DNA of 64,000 nt from Felis catus (GCF_018350175.1 NC_058368.1:120158001-120222000); one strand, 5' to 3'; counted from the stretch's first letter, positions 11,943 to 24,964 are shown. A program made the numbers and translations. Notes: a model not told the origin generated them from the letters alone.

Positions 11943-14291
11943 GACTAGAATACTGGTAAAAATATATTTTATTTAAGCTCCTAGATCCAGGAAGATGTAG
12001 CCCTTGCCTTTGCATTTACATGAGCCAACAAATCCTATTTGCTCTTCTAAAGCCATGTGAATAGGATCCTAAGACTTGTAGCCAAATCATCTTGACTGAT
12101 ACAAAAACCTGCACTACCAAGGTAATGTGCCCTTGCTCTCCTCTGTTGTGTTTGCTAGTGCAGACCACATTTAAGCTGATGAGGTTCTTCACAGGCCTCA
12201 TCAAATCTCCAATCATGGCTAGCATAACCGCACAGGTGTAGAATTTTCCATTTAATCTGGTACACATGTCTCTGCAAGTGCCATTATACATTCTGCTGCT
12301 CTTAGAAGAAATATTGATGAAATGTGTCCAATGTAATTAAAAATGGATTCATAATGGAAATGCCAATTCAGTGAACGTAACTAATAACACTGTGGGTTCA
12401 TATAATTACTTTTTAAATGGTCTAAAGATCTGATAGGAAAAGAAAAAAAAAAGACTTCACTATCATATTACACTGTTTCATAAATTTACATTTCAGAACA
12501 TTCATAAAGCAATTCTAAAGGGAGAGAGAGAGAGTTGAAGGGAGAGAACGAAATGTAAAAATGATTTAGAGAAAGAAGAACTTTTGCTTCACAGAGTTAG
12601 TCTAGAATCCTTCATTTGTTCTCCTTTCCATGCGTCTCAGTCAACATGTATTGAGCATGTAACATGTGCTGGGCTCTGTGGCAAGTACTGAGGACATAAT
12701 AAGATGCAGCCCTTACCTTTGAGTAATCACAAAGTGTCAGAGAAGGGAAATATTATCATATAATTGCAATGCCATCTGATAAGTGAAATGGGAGTTATAG
12801 ATTTCAATGTTATTGTTTGGAGAATTCAGAAAAGTATTCTTTAAAGAACAGAAATTTTATTGGGTATTGAAGGTACATGGGAGGTTGCTAGGATAATCGG
12901 GACAAATGAGGAGAGATTAAACAACATGAGTAGGGATCTAAAATAATGGAAAATCAGGGAAATTGTTATGGACATTTAAAAATTCAAGAAAGTTGTACAT
13001 TCAGGATGAAATACCTGAAGATAGTAAAGTAAAAAAGTTGAACTCAGAAGTTTCTAGAAGAAAATCTTGAGTTTAGAGGAAGCCACCTTGGACAAACAAA
13101 TGCAGGACAGGAAGCTGGGGGAAAATGAATAATAAAGAAAAAGGGAATTGGGAAGAAAAGAGAGGGAGAGAAGGAAGAAAGGATTCAGCCAAATGTGTGT
13201 TTACAGAAGTCCCAGATGAGTACATACTAGGAGATGGCCACATGCAGACCTTACAGGACTAAGTAGAAATAAGATGTGCTGTTTCTTCAGTTTGTGTCTG
13301 ACATAAGCTTTGAAGTTCCAAGTCTTAACCAACCCATTAAACCTTTCCAGAGCTGTGGATTTATCTACGAGAGAAAGTATAGAACCCCAGAAGAGCCTGT
13401 AAATTTGTTACAAGTAAGGAGCATGTTATGCTGCTCTCTTTGACTCTACACTCTATTTCACTTGGACAATGATCTCTTCCATGTGTTTGACTGAGCCAAC
13501 TTGACCCCTACCTATGTGTTCTATGTGATCAAAGGCTATATAATCAAAACCTTGAATCCCCAGTCTTTGGTGATTAATTTAAAAATGTGACTCAATTATA
13601 CTTTGGACTGCTGGAAGAAACCTTTTTTATTTACTCAACTCTTAATTATAAAAATGAAAGCTTGAATCTTCCTGGAGTCACTACTACTAATAAATCACCT
13701 GAAAAAGAAGTCAACAGAAAGGAATAGAGAACCATGAAATGGGGTAAGATAAAATCCTACCGTAATTGTACTACTGGGTCTGTGAGCAATGGGTCTTCTC
13801 AGTTATTATATCTTTTCTGGAAATGTCTTTGTCCCTTATTTTTGAGGAATATTTTATTAGGTACAGAATTCCAAGTTAGTGATTTATTTTTGTCATTGTT
13901 CATCTATTTTCTTTTAGCTGGTTAAAAATGTCATTCTATTATATTGCTCCCATTATTTCTGTTACATAACAAGTTGTTGGTTTTATTGTTGATGCTTAAA
14001 GCTAGTATCTTTTTTTCTCTCCAATTAAGATTTCTTTTTTGTCTTATCTTCTGCAGTTGGACAATATTGTGCCCAGGAATGATTTAATTGTATTTATTTT
14101 GCCAAGGGTTTGCTAAACTTCTTGAGGCTGTGGGTTGATTTTTTTTTTCTTAAAAGTTTTAGAGAATTCTCAACCATTTGACTTCAAGTATTTCTTGTAT
14201 CTCATTCTCTTTCCCCTCTGAAACTCCAGTAACATATAAGTTAGACCATTCCCAAACATTTCTTAAGCCCTTTTCTTTCTTTCTCTCTCTC

Positions 14292-14294
14292 TAC

Positions 14295-14370
<76 letters not shown>

Positions 14371-14395
14371 GTACATGTACATGTACATGTACATG

Positions 14396-14475
<80 letters not shown>
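14292..14475. repeat. Compound microsatellite (TATACA)n(TGTACA)n(TATACA)n(TG)n
   Basis: Read directly. It explains the YT/CT/VC-repeat ORFs. Confidence 0.98.
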
Positions 14476-14654
14476 AATCTCTGTTCTCTGTGCTTCTATC
14501 TGGTGTTTTATCCTGACTTACTTTCTGGTTCACTAGTATTGTCAGTTATCAATCATATTCTTTGGTTTGGGGATACCATTTGACTTTTTTGTTAAGGGTA
14601 TATTTCTCTGTGAAGAGTCTTCATCTTATCTATTTTCTTGCACTTATTAATCAT

Positions 14655-14659
<5 letters not shown>

Positions 14660-14685
<26 letters not shown>

Positions 14686-14752
14686 AATTTTAGTTAACAT
14701 GCAGTGCAATATTGGTTTCAGGGGTAGAATTCAGTGATTCATCACTTACATA
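14660..14752 (-). mobile_element. Very short carnivore L1 3' end
   Basis: T-rich tail, then TAGTTAACATGCAGTGCAATATTGGTTTCAGGGGTAGAATTCAGTGATTCATCACTTACAT, similar to the L1 tail at 41503. Confidence 0.75.
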
Positions 14753-15285
14753 TTCATAGCCATTTTAAAGGCCATGCTTGATAACTGCAAATGTCCAGTT
14801 ACCTGTAGGCTTGTTTTTATTGCTTTTTTTGTCTTAGCCACTTTTCTTGTCATGACTGGTGATTCTTGAATAAATATTTGTAGGAAAATTGTAGAGGTTC
14901 TAGATGATGTTAAATTCCTCAAAAACATTCTTTATCCTTGCTTTTGGCTATTAGCTAGTGTAGGGTATATATATGTAATACTAGAAGGAGAGAGTTTCTT
15001 TAAAAATCAATGTAAAAATCAGTATTCCTAGGATGTAGGTCTTCAGGGGTTTTAACTGACTGCCTGGAGTTCTTATTATGGCCCCTCTTCCTCGGGATCC
15101 TGAACTCCAGTTTTGTTACTGAAACTGCTGAAAAATCTGTCCTGTTTTGAGCATACAGAACTCTTGTTCTTAAAAGGCAAAAAATGTTTGGTACTCAGGG
15201 ATACCTTTCTTCTTTAGATGCAGCGTGCACTTTCTAGCTCACTGCAAACTCTTCTACTCACTGTTGCTTTGCACCCAACTAATTT

Positions 15286-15496
15286 CTTTTTTTTTTTTTT
15301 TAATTTTAAGTGTTTTTTTTTTTTGACAGCACAGAGGAGTGGGGGAGAGGGGCAGAGGGAGAGAGAAAGAGAATTTTAAGCAGATTCTATGCTCAGCGGG
15401 AAACTGACGCAAGGCTGGATCCCATGACCCTGAGATCATGACTTGAGACAAAATCAAAAATCGAATGCTCAATTAACTGAGCCATGCAGGTGCCCC
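15286..15496 (-). mobile_element. Older Can-SINE
   Basis: ...GAGATCATGACTTGAG...AACTGAGCCATGCAGGTGCCCC end with a T-rich tail. Short flanking repeat CTAATTT. Confidence 0.92.
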
Positions 15497-15504
15497 TAAT
15501 TTAA

Positions 15505-15865
15505 AATTTTTAAAAGACATATTAATTCAGGAATAATTAGCAGTGTTATATTCATTTCAAGTGTACAACATAATGATTCAAAGATTCTATACATTACTCG
15601 TTGCTCATCAAGATAAGTGTACTGTTGATCCCCTTCACCCATTTCAGCCTTCCCATTACTCCCCCATACCCCGCAACCACCAATTGTCTATTTTCAAGTG
15701 TCTATTTTTTTCTTTTTCCTTTGTTTATTTTGTTTCTTAAAGTCCATATATGAGTGAAATCGTATGGTATTTGTCTTTCTCTGACTTATTTCACTTAACA
15801 TTATACCCTCTAGATCTATTTATGTTGTTGCAAATGACAAGATTTTTTATGGCTAAGTAATATTC

Positions 15866-15913
<48 letters not shown>

Positions 15914-15925
15914 CACATCTCCTCT
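15505..15925 (-). mobile_element. Carnivore L1 3' end (non-inverted arm of a 5'-inverted insertion), containing a (TG)n tract
   Basis: GTGTTATATTCATTTCAAGTGTACAACAT...ATGAGTGAAATCGTATGGTATTTGTCTTTCTCTGACTTATTTCACTTA...TACCACATCT is the antisense L1 3' UTR and ORF2 end. Confidence 0.9.
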
Positions 15926-16804
15926 ATAAAATTCCTAGAAGAAAACATAGGCCATAATTTTTTTGACATCAGCCCTAGAAAAATTTTTGTAGAGAGGTCT
16001 CCTCTGGCAAGGGACATCAAACAAAATTATACTGTTGGGACTACACCAAAATAAAAAGCTTTTGCACAGAAAAGGAAGTGATCAACCAAATAACAAGGTA
16101 ACTGATAGAATGGGAGAGAGGATATTTGCAAATGATATATCCAGCAAGGGGTTAATATCCAAAATATACAAAGAAGTTATACAACTCAACAGCAAAAAAT
16201 AATCAATAATAATAATCCAATTAAAAATAGGCAGAGAGGGGCGCCTGGGTGGCTCAGTCGGTTGGGCGTCCGACTTTGGCTCAGTTCATGATCTCAAAGT
16301 CCAAGCCCTGCATCGGGCCCTGTGCTGACAGCTCAGAGCCTGGAGCCTGCTTTGGATTCTGTGTCTCCCTCTCTCTCTGCCCCTCCACCACTTGTACTCT
16401 GTCTCTCTCTCTCAAAACTAAAATAAAAAAAAAACATAAAAAATTAAAAAATAGGCAGAAAACACGAATAGACATTTTTCTCACAGACACATGAAAAGAT
16501 GCTCCTCATCACTAATCATCAGGGAAATACAAATTAAAACCACAATGAGATATCTGTCACACCTGTCCTAATGGATAGCATCAAAAAGACAAGAAATAAC
16601 AAATGTTGATAAAGATGTGGAGAAAAGGGAACCCTTGTGTACTGTTGGTGGGAACACACACTGGTGCAGCCACTGTGGAAACAGTATGGAGTTCCTCAAA
16701 AAATTGAACATAGCATTACCATATGATCTAGTAACTCCAGTACTGAGTATTTACCCAAAGAAAATGAAATCACTAATTTGAAAGGATATATGCATCCCTA
16801 TGTT
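15926..16804 (+). mobile_element. L1 ORF2 segment in the opposite orientation (inverted arm), containing a SINE
   Basis: Degenerate ORF2 from IKFLEENIG through QIKTTMRY and DVEKREP to ICIPM. Confidence 0.9.
16238..16446 (+). mobile_element. Can-SINE nested in L1 ORF2
   Basis: GGGGCGCCTGGGTGGCTCAGTCGG head. TSD AAAAATAGGCAGA at 16223-16235 and 16447-16459. Confidence 0.96.
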
Positions 16805-17334
16805 GAATAATTCATTCATTTTTATCAGGTGCATGGTCCTTCTCTGCAATCATTTGATTGTTGTCTCCTAAAATCAGGTATGAAAATAGGATATTCTCTC
16901 CTTAACAGAGGAAAGAAGCTTTAGTAGCAGTAATATGGATTTGTGTCAGACATAGAATAATGCACAGCTTAAGAATTGGCAAATGCTTCAAAGTAATACA
17001 TACTGAGTTTTAGGCTTATGACTCTACCTTCCCTTCCTTCAGGAATCTTGTTTCCTCTCATTCTAAAAACGTTGGCAGCCCTAAACTTAAATTTTGGTCT
17101 CCACAGCTCTGGAAAACTGCCAGAATACTCTGCTGCTGGCTTATCTCCCTCTTTATAGTTGCTTCCTTCTCTCTTTTGGCTTCTCAACCTCTCATCTCAA
17201 GCAAAAAGTAGCAAATTCTTCCAGTAGGAAAGTGATGTTCAGAATATACACCTCACCTCAGTAAGTTTCCACAAATCCTGACTGCATTGGCATTTTTACT
17301 CTGTCTTCAGATTGTGTGTGTGTGTGTGTGTGTT

Positions 17335-17576
17335 TGTATTTTTTTAATGTTTTTATTATTTTTAATTTTTTTAAAGTTCGTTTATTTATTTTTGACAGAG
17401 ACAGAGACAGCATGAGCATGGGAGGGGTGGAGAGGGAGAGAGAAAGAATGCCAAGCAGCCTCCATGCTGTCAGCACAGAGCCCAATGCGGGGCTTGAACC
17501 CATGAAACCGTGAGGTCATGACCTGAGCCAAAACCAAGAGTCGGACACTTAACTGACTGAGCCATCCAGGAGCCCC
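17335..17576 (-). mobile_element. Can-SINE inserted at a (TG)n tract
   Basis: Full SINE on the minus strand, flanked by TGTGTGTGTTT on both sides. Confidence 0.94.
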
Positions 17577-18381
17577 TGTGTGTGTTTTATTTGGATTTTT
17601 AGTTTCTCTTAGTGAAATGTGCTACTCCATCATCACTTGAAGCAGAAGCATTCTTACCTGCATATTATTTTAGACATCAGAACATTTCACATGAAAATTC
17701 ACATTTTTTTTGCACTTGAAAATAACAAGCCATGGCAGCAGAGAATCCTTACTCCTTTCAACTCAGCAGGCAAGTTACCAAGACACGTAATCTTCACCAC
17801 TCTATATTGTCCTTCACTCTTCCAGCTTCACTCACCGCTGTCCTCTGTATACCCCTCTGTAATCATTTGATTTTGCATCTCGTGAAGTGTATGGAGAGAA
17901 TAGTATATTTCCTGTTCTTCAAAGCCACAGTACAGGAAAGGAGCGTCAGTGGCAATAAAAAGGATTTTTGTTAGACATAAAGCATCTTTCCATTACAGGC
18001 ACTTTCTAGTAAAGGCAAGGCGTTTCTAGAACAAGCGTACTAGATGCTCCTTATATGGACTACAGATCCTATTATGTCAGAAATTTGGAATTACTCAAAA
18101 TTAGACTTATTAGGTGGACTTGAGGACTACACCTTCATTAAGAAAAGGACAATGTGCAATGATTCATAATAGAAAAGCCTGTATAGCAGTCATTCAGGGA
18201 GTTACTATAAAAGCCTGTCATTTTTTCAGGCATTCATACATGGAATATTTTTGCAGATTACTATATGCTAGCCTAGTTTCTAGGCACTCTGAATCAATGG
18301 TGGGCTTTCGTATTAGCAAGATGATAAAGACAGTAAATTCATAAAGAGACAAATACAGTAATTTCAGATAGTGTTAAGTAT

Positions 18382-18866
18382 TTTGGTAGGCAAAAGGATG
18401 GCTCCTAAAGATATCCACGTCTTAATACCTAGGATCTGTGAATACGTTGTTTTACATGGCAGAGGGGACTTTGCAGATCTTATTAAGGCTAAGGACCTTG
18501 AGCTGGAGAAATTATCCTGCATTTACCTGGTAGTCTTTAAAAGCTGAGAACCTTTCCTGGCGGTGGTCAGAGGGAGATATGACTACAGAAGAAGGATCAG
18601 AGAGCTTTTACATTGCTAGCTTTGAAGATGAAAGAAATGGACCATGAGCCAAGGATTTAGATAGCCTCTAAAAACTGGAAAAAGAAGAGAACGGATTCTC
18701 CCCTAAAGCCTCCAGAGAGAAATGCAGGCTTGCTTACACCTTTATCTTAGCCCAATAAGACACATGCTGGTCTTCCAATCTACAGAATTATAAGAAAATC
18801 CATCTGTGTTGTCCTGAGCTGCTAGGTTTGTGGTAATTTGTAGAACATTTGTAGAAAACTACTACA
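18382..18866 (+). mobile_element. MaLR solo LTR (MLT1C/D-like)
   Basis: TGGTAGGC...GATATCCACGTCTTAATACCTAGGATCTGTGAATA...GGGGACTTTGCAGAT...GATTCTCCCCTAAAGCCTCCAGA...GTTTGTGGTAATTTGT...GAAAACTACTACA. Confidence 0.88.
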
Positions 18867-18965
18867 ATACCATTAAAAAATACAGATAGGTTGTATATAT
18901 ATACTTACTATGTATGTAGTATGTACATGCACTACATCTATAGTGATGTAGAAAGTGGTGGTGGT

Positions 18966-19180
18966 GGGGCTCCTGGTGGCTCAGTCAGTTAAGCATCTGA
19001 CTTTAGCTCAGGACATGATCTCATGGTTCACGGGTTCAAGCCCTGCCTGGGGCTCTGTGCTGACAGCTCAGATCCTGGAGCCTGCTTCAGATTCTGTCTC
19101 TCTCTCTCTCTCTCTTCCCCTCCCCTACTTATGCACTCTCTCTCTCTCAAAAATAAACATAAAAAAAAAAAGGAAAGAAA
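18966..19180 (+). mobile_element. Can-SINE
   Basis: SINE head, CT tract and A-tail. TSD AGAAAGTGGTGG on both sides. Confidence 0.94.
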
Positions 19181-20249
19181 AGAAAGTGGTGGCAGTGGTG
19201 GGGAGGCTGTGCTATCTTGGGTATTGACTGGAAACTTCCCAGAGAGGAAATAGGGTGAGTAAGTGAGAGGACAGTGTAGGCAAAGTTTGTCATCAGAGAA
19301 CTGGAAATAATACCAGTATAACTGGAGCTTAATAGAGGATTGAGGTGTGTGCCTTTATGATGGTGGAGGGCAGTGTTGAAGGGATGGGAGATGAGGAGGG
19401 AGAAACAAGCAGTTGACAGATTGTGTAGGACGTTGTAGGTCTTCATAAAGAGTTTAAATCTTATTTCATTTTGTTTAGAGAGTTTTTAGAAGGAGAATAA
19501 TATAATTTTATTGACATTCTTGGGCCCATCCCCCGAGAATCTGATTTATTATGTTAATGAAGGCATCTGAGGATCTTCACTTGTTCAACTGCCACAGAGG
19601 TAGACTTTGGATCACACTGTAACAAACATTATTTCAGTTTCTGTTATCTCTTCTGGAATTTATTCTCTGGCTCATGCACATGTGTTTATTCCCCCCATTT
19701 CTCTTTCTTAGAGACACTGGCAAAATACATCATCTCAAGACCATGGGATATTTTTTAGGTGCTTCTATGTTGCTCATGGAGCATAGCCCAATTCAGGACG
19801 TCCAAAAGCTATTTCAGTGCACAGTTACTTAATTGAATTGAACAATATTTGTATACTATTACAATTCTAAGTCACTATTTTTCCTTTTTCAGGTTGAAAT
19901 ATATATAATACACTTTTAATGATGCATGTATCATTGAAATTCTGTTTCTCTTGCTCTCACCTCAAGGAATATGCTGTATTTTATAAGAAAACTCCTAGTA
20001 AAATGAGCAGGCCTATAGCTAAGCTTGAGAAAGCAATATATTGTCTCTTGTGTTGAGGAATAGGGTGTGAGGAGAATAAAAGCGGAGACGTTAGGCTATG
20101 GAAGAATGTTGGTCTAAAATAGCTCAAACCTAGAAACTGCATTTAGGAAAAGAGCCTACAGTTTGGAACACGACAATATGGAGATAACTTTCCACCTTTA
20201 GACCTTTTCTTCTGTGTCAATAGTCATGCCTCTTGATTTAACCTTTCCT

Positions 20250-20593
20250 TCTCTTTTTCTCTCTTTCTCCCTCTCTCTCTCCCTCCCTTCCTTCCTGAGA
20301 AGGCACAAACACGTGAGTGAGAGGCAGAGAGAAAGAGAAAGAGAAGCGGGCTCACCTGAAGCAGGTCTCGTGCTTTTTACCCAAAGCGAAGATCGAGTTC
20401 ACCTGAGGCAGGGCACGTGTTCACCAGAAGCAGAAGCCGGGCTGGAGCTCAACGGAGGCGGGGCGTTTGCTCACCCAAGGAGGTACTTGTGCTCACTGGA
20501 ACGCCGGGCAGGAGCTCTTGGAATGTGGGACTCTGACTCCTAAACCGTGACCTCAAAGTCAGATGCTTGAAGGACTGAGCCACGCAGGCACCC
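20250..20593 (-). mobile_element. Can-SINE variant with an internal tandem array
   Basis: SINE 5' head (GACTGAGCCACGCAGGCACCC on +) and a GA-rich body flank about 9 degenerate ~22-bp repeats at 20345-20545. Confidence 0.8.
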
Positions 20594-21467
20594 ATTGACC
20601 TTCCTACTTCTTTAAAAATAACGCTGCAAAGCTCTTGCTTCTTATTTGACATGGAAGTTCCTCATCGCTCCTAATAACTACCCAGACAAGCGGGCAGCAT
20701 GGAGAGGAGTCACTCCTTTTAGAGAGGTAACCAACTTTATCTGTCTTAATGTACACTTTGTGGTATTGTTGAAAGCCAGCGATAGTTTTAAATCGTTAAT
20801 CTTTCTTGCATCATAAGTATGTTCATTTGTGGGGGCTGATGGTTGCCAGGCGAGCTTCCTGTTTAGGGTGACTTATTTCAGGTGTTGCACCAATTGCCTT
20901 TGTTTGTATGCAGAACGCGGCAGCTGTATGTAGAATTCTTTTCTTTCTAGTGTTTTCTTTTATCTCTGACTTGGTTTGGGGATTTCGCTTAGATTTTTTT
21001 TTTCTTACCACAGAGGAATTACCATTAAATGAAAGCATTAAGTAAAGTGAATGAATGTTTTTAGGTAATACAATCATGAGGATGTATCTAACGGAGGATA
21101 ATTGAGGTAACTGTTTGGGTAATCCAGACTTTGGAACCCTTTCTGTTTTGTATACTGGTGTGGTCTAAATGCTCTGTGTCCTCCTCTGTCCCTTTAACAG
21201 CTGTTCTTACATAGTGTTGGGAACTCTCTATCTCTTCACAGAACAATTTGGAAATTCCCGGCTCTGAGTACATAAAGAGCACCAGAATAGGTGCTCTCCA
21301 ATACCACACTGGACCAGAAGTCCAGCTATCCATAGTTTGTGCTTTCTAATTCATAATTCGTACTCTTTACTAAAGTGATCTCTGAAAAAAATACAGATTT
21401 GTTCTCGATATTTCTCCCTCAAAACCTTCACTGGTAACAGAAATTCTTACCTTTGGGTAAGAAATTA

Positions 21468-21599
21468 CAGGATTGCCGTATAATTCATTGTCCAAACTAG
21501 GACAATTGGAGAGTAAAAGGAATGCTGGGAATAATTTTGCTTGGGCAACAGGCTCAAACAACTCATGTCCCAGGCGAATGGGGACCCTAGGTTTCACTA
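21468..21599 (+). mobile_element. MER94-like hAT-Blackjack MITE
   Basis: GTATAATTCATTGTCCAAACTAGGACA...GAGAGTAAAAGG...AATAATT...GGGCAACAGGC...TGTCCCAGGCGAA...GGGAC resembles the recalled MER94 consensus. Confidence 0.7.
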
Positions 21600-23009
21600 A
21601 CTAGACCGCTATCTTCGAACTCATTCCCCATCCTTCTTAGTCCCTGTGCTCCACTCATGCTGGGTACTTTCACTTCTTTAAAAGTCACTCTGAGATTCGT
21701 CTTGTCCAAATTCCAGCTCTTAGAGAGTGGTACTGATTGTCCCAGCTTGGTTCAGGTGACCTACTCTGGTACAGTCAACTACGGCTAGGGTGATGGATCA
21801 AGTTATATGAGCATCCATGCCAAGAGCACACATTTTTGGATGGGGACAATTACGGGGTGGGAGTAAAGGCATGTGCCCTAAGAGTTGTCTGAACACATCA
21901 CTATGTGGTTTCCTTTATTAGGTCTGTGGTTTCCCAGAGAGGATTCTGGTGCTATGCTTTTATTTTTGCCCTTTGCTCTTTTAATTTCTGAATATCAGGT
22001 TACATATTTCATTTGGTTCTTTTGAATAGACTAATTTGGAATTGTTGTTTCTCTGATTTGTTTGAATTGAGTGGTTGCTTTTGGCATCATGTAGATGACA
22101 CACTCTGATTGAATCTAATGAATCATTTATTTGATCAAAACATACGTACCAAACCAGTATTCTGAGGTTGACCCTTGCCATGAGGCCAAGGGGTTTATTC
22201 TGACATTGGATGTTTTTCTTTGGTAATCAGAGGGATTTTTTGGTAGAACGTGTTTATTTTTCTGCATTACAGATTAAAATCAAATGCATATTATAATTCT
22301 CCTGATTTAGTAATTCAGTTAAGCAGTTGTCTTCCCTTTGGTACAAAAAGCTAATTGAAGATAGACCGCCCCCCCTCAGAGTTAGGAGGCTTGAGTTCTA
22401 ACTCTAGACTGAATCCTGTCCCTAACTAATGGTGTAGTAGTAGGAAAGTCATTTAGCCTGTCAAATTGACCCTCCCTCATTTGTTAAATAATTGATTAAA
22501 ATTATTTCTAAGTTGTCTTTCAGACCTCAAATTTGGATATTCTGTAACTGCCTGAGGAGGGGTCATATTATTTTTTGACTAGCAAAATTAACCGTGAATT
22601 TTGAAAATTTTTTGGAAAAAAAACTGTGAATAACCTACTTTAAGAGAAATTTTTAGCGGAAATTTGGGGAGGGTTTTTTTTAAATAATTAAACATTATAA
22701 GAGGAGTGACCCGAGTCCTGAAGTCACTGAATCTTTTAGAAGTCTGTTTTCTCTTCAGTAATGAACTTGAGTGCCATCTTGCTCCATTTTGTCTGGGGAT
22801 GAAGACAGAAGAAAAGTGTCCAAAATGGCCACTACCCTGATTTTTGTTTAGAAAACTCAATTAGAGGGCAGAGCCAAGGTGCAGACCAGAGTAAGAATCA
22901 TTATTTTTTACAGCAAAATAATTTTGTACAGCCCCTGGCCGGGGAAGGAGACCTACATGTGATGTCCATTTCTGTGGCACATGGAGGGGACTGTAGGTGC
23001 AGAGAATAC

Positions 23010-23559
<550 letters not shown>

Positions 23560-24304
23560 TAGAACAGTTGTTGAATAATAAAGGCCAGAAACTTTCAATG
23601 ATGGCATCTCCAGGAGCATGAGGGAGGCCCTGACCCAAGCTCTTCCCTGCTTGGCATCTCCCATAATGAGAATAAGGACTACACCAGTTGTACAGCGACT
23701 TCCCTGGGAACGTCTCTCATGGCGTCTGTTCACCACACACTAATGACATGAGCAGTATTGTTCCTGGTATAGTCCTCCCATGAGGGATGTGACCACATAG
23801 TGCTCCTTTCTGAAAGACTTCTGACAGCACTTAGCAATTCACAGACGTTTAATAAAGAGATCTTTGTGAAATGAGAGTCATTAGGATACGTACTGTCAGC
23901 TCAGTTCACATGTTTCTCTGCTTCCAGATCTTCTGGATGTACTTTAAGTGTTGTTTTGGTTGGCTTCAGTTTTCAATGATGTCTCCTAATGGAAGGGAGT
24001 GGTTAATTTAAAACAGCAGATTTTTCAAGAATAATCTTGGCATCACTGCATATTTTGATAGCTTTTAACAAGGGTGTGCCTGATATTCTATCAGTTCAGA
24101 CCAAGACTCCCCCACACACAAAAAGATGAACTGTGAAAACTAAGATGTTTACTCTTTCCCCTGAGAGCCTCCCAACTGAGAACTATTTTACCTTTCAAAT
24201 TCATTGCTGAGAAAATAGAAAATCACATCGTGAATAGGAAGAGGGCCGGCCTAACACACTGGTAGCTTACCTTTCTCAGAGTCTTTGAAACTTCCTACCT
24301 TGTG

Positions 24305-24610
24305 TCCCGTTCAACTCAACACACAGCACTTACTGAGCACTTACTGTATATGAGGCATGGAGTCGGAAGAGACAGATCTTCTTGCTCTCACAGAGTGGAC
24401 AGTCTACTGAGTAAGTAATTATAATGTGTTGTGACAAAGGCAATACAGAAGCTCAGAGCAGAGGTGAGGGTGCCAGGTAGGGAAGTCCAGGAGAGCTACA
24501 GAGAAGATGAAACATTTGAGGTAGGTTGGAAGGCTTATTAAAAGTGTGTCAGGCAGACAAAGGGTGAATAGGTGAGGGAACACCATGAACATAGCCATGG
24601 AGGCATACAA
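24305..24610 (-). mobile_element. L2 3' fragment
   Basis: TTACTGAGCACTTACTGTATATGAGGCA...CTTGCTCTCACAGAG...ACAGTCTA...CATTTGAG pattern. Confidence 0.7.
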
Positions 24611-24964
24611 GTCAGCAACTGATTAAAGAACAGAGAATAACTAGAAAGAGAATAAGTGTAATGTGAGCAAAATCAGCAATGTTTAAAATCCCTAAGCAGT
24701 TGAGTAGACCCCATGAAAGACATGAATGCCTGTCCTCACAGAACTTAAAAACTAGTTCGAGAGGCAAAAGCTAGGCATGTGAGAAAGAGGTAAGGACTCA
24801 AGGTACCAGATGCTAATAGATAGTGAGTACTTATGAAACATATGAACATTACATGCTACAGATATTTTGAGGACTGAGGGATTCAGGGCTCCCGGAGGGC
24901 ATCTGTGGAGGCAAAGGGGAATGGGAGACAAAGCTGAAATGAGGATGAAAGACATAGTTTCATG

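Larger units (their letters stand above)
13785..15280 (-). mobile_element. Old L1M 5'/ORF1 region (antisense), interrupted by a microsatellite and a short younger L1 tail
   Basis: TTTTGAGGAATATTTT...GGTACAGAATTC...GGGTTTGCTAAACTTCTTGAG...GAATTCTCAACCATT...GAAACTCCAGTAACATATAAGTTAGACC motifs. Confidence 0.6.

Noticed and set aside
14178..14533. ORFs with YT/CT/VC/HT repeats
   Set aside because: Microsatellite translations.
20345..20545. Repeat array superficially resembling a CRISPR array
   Set aside because: The units are degenerate, have no unique spacers and lie inside a SINE in a mammalian genome. There are no cas genes.
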